NCBI GenBank assembly: GCA_946965045.2
Contig: OX337229.1
Location: 4,154,001-4,218,000 of the forward strand
Direction: 5' to 3'
DNA: 64,000 nucleotides
Source: Epithemia pelagica
Lineage: Eukaryota; Protista; Bacillariophyta
In this document: in pieces, positions 57,801 to 64,000 of the stretch
Layout: every line of letters begins with the position of its first letter
Numbering within the stretch: the stretch's first letter is position 1
Notes under the pieces: model-generated
The model's database searches: none
What the model was told of the DNA's origin: nothing
What the model saw: the letters and a program-made list of their open reading frames with translations, nothing else
Made by a program: the position numbers and the translations under genes

Positions 57801-59748
57801 CAAATAGTTTTTCTTTTGCTCCTGAACTGAACTTTGGGCACTTGATCGCTCCACACCACTCTCTTCTACAGCGCAAGAGGAAGAGAATGAGCCACTTTGG
57901 ACCTGATTTGGACAGATATTGATGAAGTTGGGACAGTTTGAGTGGCACTGACAATGGAGGAGTCAAATCAGGGAGGGTCGAATAGTTTCCTCTTTTGCTT
58001 CTGAACCGAACTTTGAGCACTTGATCGCTCCACACCACTCTCTTCTACAGCGCAAGAGGAAGAGAATGAGCCACTTTGGACCTGATTTGGACAGATATTG
58101 ATGAAGTTGGGACAGTTTGAGTGGCACTGACAATGGAGGAGTCAAATCAGGGAGGGTCAAATAGTTTCCTCTTTTGCTTCTGAACCGAACTTTGAGCACT
58201 TGATCGCTCCACACCACTCTCTTCTACAGCGCAAGAGGAAGAGAATGAGCCACTTTGGACCTGATTTGGACAGATATTGATGAAGTTGGGACAGTTTGAG
58301 TTGCACTGACAATGGAGGAGTCAAATCAGGGAGGGTCAAATAGTTTCCTCTTTTGCTTCTGAACCGAACTTTGAGCACTTGATCGCTCCACACCACTCTC
58401 TTCTACAGCGCAAGAGGAAGAGAATGAGCCACTTTGGACCTGATTTGGACAGATATTGATGAAGTTGGGACAGTTTGAGTGGCACTGACAATGGAGGAGT
58501 CAAATCAGGGAGGGTCAAATAGTTTCCTCTTTTGCTTCTGAACCGAACTTTGAGCACTTGATCGCTCCACACCACTCTCTTCTACAGCGCAAGAGGAAGA
58601 GAATGAGCCACTTAGGACCTGATTTGGACAGATATTGATGAAGTTGGGACAGTTTGAGTGGCACTGACAATGGAGGAGTCAAATCAGGGAGGGTCAAATA
58701 GTTTTTCTTTTGCTCCTGAACTGAACTTTGGGCACTTGATCGCTCCACACCACTCTCTTCTACAGCGCAAGAGGAAGAGAATGAGCCACTTTGGACCTGA
58801 TTTGGACAGATATTGATGAAGTTGGGACAGTTTGAGTGGCACTGACAATGGAGGAGTCAAATCAGGGAGGGTCGAATAGTTTCCTCTTTTGCTTCTGAAC
58901 CGAACTTTGAGCACTTGATCGCTCCACACCACTCTCTTCTACAGCGCAAGAGGAAGAGAATGAGCCACTTTGGACCTGATTTGGACAGATATTGATGAAG
59001 TTGGGACAGTTTGAGTGGCACTGACAATGGAGGAGTCAAATCAGGGAGGGTCAAATAGTTTCCTCTTTTGCTTCTGAACCGAACTTTGAGCACTTGATCG
59101 CTCCACACCACTCTCTTCTACAGCGCAAGAGGAAGAGAATGAGCCACTTTGGATTTGATTTGGACAGATATTGATGAAGTTGGGACAGTTTGAGTGGCAC
59201 TGACAATGGAGGAGTCAAATCAGGGAGGGTCAAATAGTTTCCTCTTTTGCTTCTGAACCGAACTTTGAGCACTTGATCGCTCCACACCACTCTCTTCTAC
59301 AGCGCAAGAGGAAGAGAATGAGCCACTTTGGACCTGATTTGGACAGATATTGATGAAGTTGGGACAGTTTGAGTGGCACTGACAATGGTGGAGTCAAATC
59401 AGGGAGGGTCGAATAGTTTCCTCTTTTGCTTCTGAACCGAACTTTGAGCACTTGATCGCTCCACACCACTCTCTTCTACAGCGCAAGAGGAAGAGAATGA
59501 GCCACTTTGGACCTGATTTGGACAGATATTGATGAAGTTGGGACAGTTTGAGTGGCACTGACAATGGAGGAGTCAAATCAGGGAGGGTCAAATAGTTTCC
59601 TCTTTTGCTCCTGAACTGAACTTTGGGCACTTGATTGCTCCACACCACTCTCTTCTACAGCGCAAGAGGAAGAGAATGAGCCACTTTGGACCTGATTTGG
59701 ACAGATATTGATGAAGTTGGGACAGTTTGAGTGGCACTGACAATGGAG
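54735..59748. repeat. Tandem satellite, 28 x 179-bp units, with an 894-bp 5-mer higher-order repeat
   Basis: Repeated ORF copies recur every 179 bp. CAATGG at 54735 to CAATGG at 59741 is 5006 bp, equal to 28x179 minus three 1-bp deletions and a 3-bp-shorter first unit. Variant CACTTAGG at 56821, 57715 and 58609. Confidence 0.97.
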
Positions 59749-60235
59749 CAGGTTCTTCGTTGGTGTTAGTGTGGGCGGGTGAAATGAGAGAGTTGTCTGC
59801 TGTGGTGGGGAAAACTTCTGCTGGAAGATCTGGTCATTCAGTGGAGGCAGAGAATTCTTTGATATTCCATGCAATAGGCTCTTTTGGATTGCTGGCAAGT
59901 ACACCGTTTGGATGTTATGGCTGTTGGTATGGCGGTTATAGGTTGTTTTTGTAGGAAAAAATTGAATTCTATTTTCTAGCAAAAAATAAAAAGAAAAAAG
60001 GAAAATGTAGGGTGGATGACAGAAGTTATACACCCGGTGAATCGGACAGTTTACCTACGGATAAGGCTGACTGGGTCCAGGGTCCACGTTCAACGTCCAC
60101 CACCCTCTTTTTGAAGCTCTTACCCCCAAAGTTGAAAATGGGATATGAAGATGAAGGGGGAGGTTCTGTCGTCTGTCCGTCATCTTTTGCCGAATCTCAT
60201 CCATCCAAATATACGGAGTATAATACAAAGAAAAC

Positions 60236-61531
60236 ATGCCAAACAACGATGAGAAAGACGACCATCGACGACTGTCCAGCAAGTCGGAGGCGGCGGAAGA
60301 GGATGAACAAGTAGAAGACGACAAAATCGATAGTGACGGAAGCAGTACTGTTTCATCAGACGAAGACGAGCTTCTCTTGGCTGGAGAACAGGTCAGAGAT
60401 CCAAATGTTTCGTCGTCTTCGTCGGAGGAGGAGAGCAATGACGACGAAAACGACAAAAGAGATGACTTGAATTCATTGGCAGATAGCGGTGCCGAAAAGA
60501 ATTCCAAATTCTTGCCTGCATCCAAGCAGAAAAAGAATCATAGCGCTAGCGCGCCAGCCAAGAAAGATGGCCCCAAACAGTCCTCGTCGAGTCGTCCAAG
60601 GAAAAGAAAGAAAAAGAACGATGGCGACAGGGAAAATGTGGATTTTATCTTCTGTGATATGGAAGAAGTCAAGTTTTGGGACGGATGCAAAGCGTTGTTG
60701 ACGAATTCATCAGCGCTTTATCAGCGACATGCCTCCATCTGGACGGACTGGCTCATGGAGCAAGTGATTGGGACAGTCGTGACAACAGAACAGGACTACT
60801 TGTATTCGTCATCATCGGAAAACACAGAGGGTCCTTCCTGTGCTGTGTTTGGATTTGCCAGCATTCTCGATGTGGCTGCCATGTCGTCATCATCATCATC
60901 GTCTCAGACTCCGCCAGACAAAAAACCACAGAATGAGCCTCAAACTGAATCGTCAAGAAATGAGGCCTTAACATATTTTGAACAGTACGTGACTAAAGAT
61001 TGCCCAACGGAGTATCAGTCACCCATGAAAGCATTGTTTCAGCGAAATAGAGAACAGCAACAACCAGCGTCACTCTTTTTGTTTTTGCATGGACGTATGA
61101 TCAACCTACCCTTGGAAATCGTGCTGGCTTTACATCAGCAATTATGGTTGGACTGGGAATGGGATCAAGACGAGGAGCCTGACAACAAGTTGAAAAGCCA
61201 TCCTGTAGCGTCCCTCGAAAAGAAGCGAAAGAAGAAAAAGCGAACAGCACAAGCAATGCCTCGCCAAGAATCCATTCTACCCGCTAGTGGATCGAAAGAG
61301 CCTCGTATTGTACGATTGGCTCCCTGCACCAAATCCAACGATTCTCTACTACTATATCGTTACTACGACGACGAATTGTTGTCGGATCGTGCCGTGGCAA
61401 GTTACACGGTCAAAGCACCACCATCCTATTCACAAGAGGAGGCCATGTTTTTACAAGTTATGGTTCTTACTCCACGTGGTTATCAGCAAGCCATTCAAGA
61501 TTTGGACCAATTGGTTGGAAGTGCTTCGTAA
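60236..61531 (+). CDS. BCCIP: BCCIP/Bcp1 family protein
   Basis: Acidic N-terminus, VDFIFCD...FWDGCKALL, IGTVV, VFGFASILD, GRMINLPLEIV and YRYYDDELL. Confidence 0.75.
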   Translation: MPNNDEKDDHRRLSSKSEAAEEDEQVEDDKIDSDGSSTVSSDEDELLLAGEQVRDPNVSSSSSEEESNDDENDKRDDLNSLADSGAEKNSKFLPASKQKKNHSASAPAKKDGPKQSSSSRPRKRKKKNDGDRENVDFIFCDMEEVKFWDGCKALLTNSSALYQRHASIWTDWLMEQVIGTVVTTEQDYLYSSSSENTEGPSCAVFGFASILDVAAMSSSSSSSQTPPDKKPQNEPQTESSRNEALTYFEQYVTKDCPTEYQSPMKALFQRNREQQQPASLFLFLHGRMINLPLEIVLALHQQLWLDWEWDQDEEPDNKLKSHPVASLEKKRKKKKRTAQAMPRQESILPASGSKEPRIVRLAPCTKSNDSLLLYRYYDDELLSDRAVASYTVKAPPSYSQEEAMFLQVMVLTPRGYQQAIQDLDQLVGSAS

Positions 61532-61898
61532 AACGAGGGAATATGCACCAATCAGCTAGGACGTACAAAGTAAAACCAGTCATTGGACTAGTGGCTAGAA
61601 GCACATTTTTCGAAAAAACTCTTAGTAGTTGTTGATAAGATCAAGTTCTTCCGAATGTGGTGGGCTCCGTCGCAAGACTTGTTTTTCGATGGATCCTGAC
61701 TTCATCTTTTCGAGGCGTTCAAGCGACAAATTCTGTGGTGTTTTGAAGCATGAGCTCCACCCATACAAGGTAGTTCACAGCGCAACATGTTCTGACAATG
61801 TGCACTGAAGAGAGTTACTCAAGCGCAAAGCTTCACGAAATCCCAACCGTAAAGAGTAAGGAGACTCGTGCGGATTCTGCAGCAATATATGTATCGCC

Positions 61899-63286
61899 TT
61901 ACTTCCGTTGACTGGCGCCACTCGATGGATAGTACACATCGTTCGGTTTTCTTCCAGGCACAACGCTGTTGAGGACAGTCTTCTCAATATGCGCTCCCGC
62001 ATCCAAGACTGTCATGATATATTGCATCATAGGATGTCCTTGCTCTTTGTTGAATACCATGTCGCGATATTGTGGTAGAGGAATCCATTCGGCACATTCA
62101 ATTTCACTAATTTCGGGAATGGGATCAGGAATGATCACATTGCCATCGGTGTCTCGAGTCTCGACTGGATCCAAACGACATACAAAAAACAAATCCGATC
62201 GTCCGTGAGTCAAACCGTGAGTTTGTCGAAAACCAAGGACACTATGAAACTTTGCCGCCACACCAGTTTCTTCCAATACCTGGAAGCAAGCAAGTATTAT
62301 CCACACAAGATAATGGCAACGAGTATGCGACGACCGCCATGGCAAAACAAAACAAAGTGATTATGGGAAAATATTTCATGAGTGATTGAAAACCACACGA
62401 AAGAACTGCAGATGTAGTAAGGATCACGCCATGACAAACATACCTCTCGTTCGACAGCTTGGTCAATATGTTCACCCAATTCGGTGAGACCAGTGGGCGT
62501 TTTCCATGGCATATAGTTCCTTCGTTGTTCACGGACACAGAGAATTTCGTCACGGCTGTTAATTACGACGGCTCCCACACCGACATTGTGCGTGGCAAAG
62601 TCAGGTATTTTGGATTCACCTTGCGTCAACCACAAATTCAACACAGCCGTCTCATCAAAGGCATGATGAAAGCGTAAACCACAGGCATGGAAATCTTCCA
62701 GAAGACCGGCGCGGTTCATGGGTACATAGGCCCAAATGCTGGTTTTGCCAAGCTCTCGACAAGTTTGAATCGATGCCTCCAAGCGAGCTCGAAAGTGACT
62801 TTTGTCAAAGGGATCCTCTAAAGCATCATTGCCATCTGCATCTTTCGTTTCACTGAAAGTCGACTCTGGTACCATTATTTTCGAAGAGTTATGGGAGCCT
62901 TTCTCCATTGGCAAGAGATCTCTCCATCCATCTCCGTCTCCATCGGCGAGCACCGCTCCAGAGTCTGTCCGATTCATCACAAATGAATTGTCGTTAGTCG
63001 TTGAGCTAAGCCATCTCGCGGTCCTTGATACTAGGCCACAATGTTCGGTACTCCAATGAGGATTAGCGTTTCTTCCAATACTAGAGAGATGTCGTTGTTG
63101 AGATGTCGACGACAGCAGGAGTGCCGCAGGCAAGGAGGAAAGACGAAACGAGAAACCAGTTGAAAATGTCCAAGAGAGGGCAGCGGCTGCCAATCGAGTA
63201 GGAGTAGAATACATGGATATTCTTTGATTTCCTCTAGATATTGTGGAACAAAGCGAGCTTCTGTGACCTAGAGAAAGCAAACACAT
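61899..63286 (-). CDS. NUDT6-like Nudix hydrolase with organellar targeting peptide; intron 62280-62443
   Basis: FHHA, IPDFATHNVGVGAVV, WKTPTGLTELGEHIDQAVERE|VLEETG (spliced Nudix box) and SDLFFVCRL. Confidence 0.88.
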
Positions 63287-64000
63287 GAGGATATGGAAGA
63301 GAACTTGTTGCGTTTATCGCATTTTTGTTTGTCTAAACTGTCAACACTGAACACATCATCGCGACTCAAGACACGTCATTGTTCCGAATAGTGACGAGGA
63401 ATGGGTAGCGCTTTTCCTTGTACTCCTAGCACTACTACCTAGCTATCGAAAAACAACATGGGCCATCCGTATCCATAGTCTTTGTTGGCCTCAAACATTA
63501 CGATGGATCAACAGCTATTACGGAGATGCTGTGCATATAGAAGCAAAGCGAAAGTGTCTGGACCTCTGTGCAATGGAAAAACGGAACAATCGACCATCAA
63601 GAAGACAAAAAACCTCACATCACTCAAAGTCACCGTCTAAAATTGATAGCCCTAATGATCACATGATCAATAGCATTAGTTCGCAATCTCTTTCCTCCCG
63701 GCCACTGGAAATTAATGGAGATATAATTGATCCTTTAGACTTAGCGGCTGATGAGCATTTAAACCGAAATGTCTCAACTCTCGACAGTGTAATGTGCAAT
63801 GTCAGGGTGAATTTAGGTCCTGTAAGCATCGTTCATGCACCAGCTGTTGGTCAGGAACTTTTCCATATCACCAACATGGTTCCAGTCCTGTTAGACAAGA
63901 GCTACCATTTTCGAAAGGTCTTTTGGTGGAGATGGTAGTCCTTGTAAATCAATTCGGGAGGCACTCCGAACCGACTAAAAATCTTGACCGAGAACTGACG

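Larger units (their letters stand above)
50950..60051 (+). mobile_element. Mutator-like element (MULE), ~9.1 kb including an internal satellite
   Basis: 9-bp direct repeat TACCTACGG at 50941-50949 and 60052-60060. Degenerate TIRs share GATTCA...GGTGTATA..TTCTGTC. Contains a MULE/SWIM transposase. Confidence 0.75.

Noticed and set aside
54743-59648. About 28 repeated 77-84 aa ORFs (MVWSDQVLKV...) and a superficially CRISPR-like array
   Set aside because: The 179-bp unit is not a multiple of 3 and each ORF ends in a stop, so they are by-products of the satellite. There are no unique spacers or cas genes.
63531-64000. 135-aa plus-strand ORF and a possible minus-strand gene end at the window edge
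   Set aside because: No motif; truncated context.

Overview
Eukaryotic nuclear DNA with short GT-AG introns, most likely from a pennate diatom. This is inferred from a type III (p10-before-p20) metacaspase and the kinase and transposon families present; the species cannot be determined. Housekeeping genes include a membrane-anchored methyltransferase, an EF-hand membrane protein, an F-box-like protein, a TKL kinase, Bud22, a syntaxin, mL43, a metacaspase, PCCB, an EF-hand NMP kinase, mL54, DNMT2, a ~3230-aa scaffold, BCCIP/Bcp1 and a NUDT6-like Nudix hydrolase. They are interrupted by transposon-rich islands. (1) 5921-13263: a 6.8-kb TA-flanked IS630/Tc1/mariner-like element with 31-bp TIRs, an unusually long transposase and three cargo genes (a minimal SET domain, a KTPxK-repeat protein and an unknown protein), abutted by a related 503-bp MITE. 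(2) 16948-21742: two PIF/Harbinger-type MITEs sharing a TTA, a hAT remnant and an RLE non-LTR fragment. (3) 45875-49359: two related TA-type TIR elements head-to-head, with a nested Harbinger MITE. (4) 50950-60051: a Mutator element with a 9-bp TSD, inside which a 28 x 179-bp satellite with a 5-mer higher-order repeat has arisen. Other highlights are a strongly over-represented TA-CTCC-TA octamer that looks like excision footprints, a syntaxin and a metacaspase that both end in CaaX boxes, and a candidate TSET/TTRAY-like giant protein. All homology calls come from motif recognition by eye; no searches were run.
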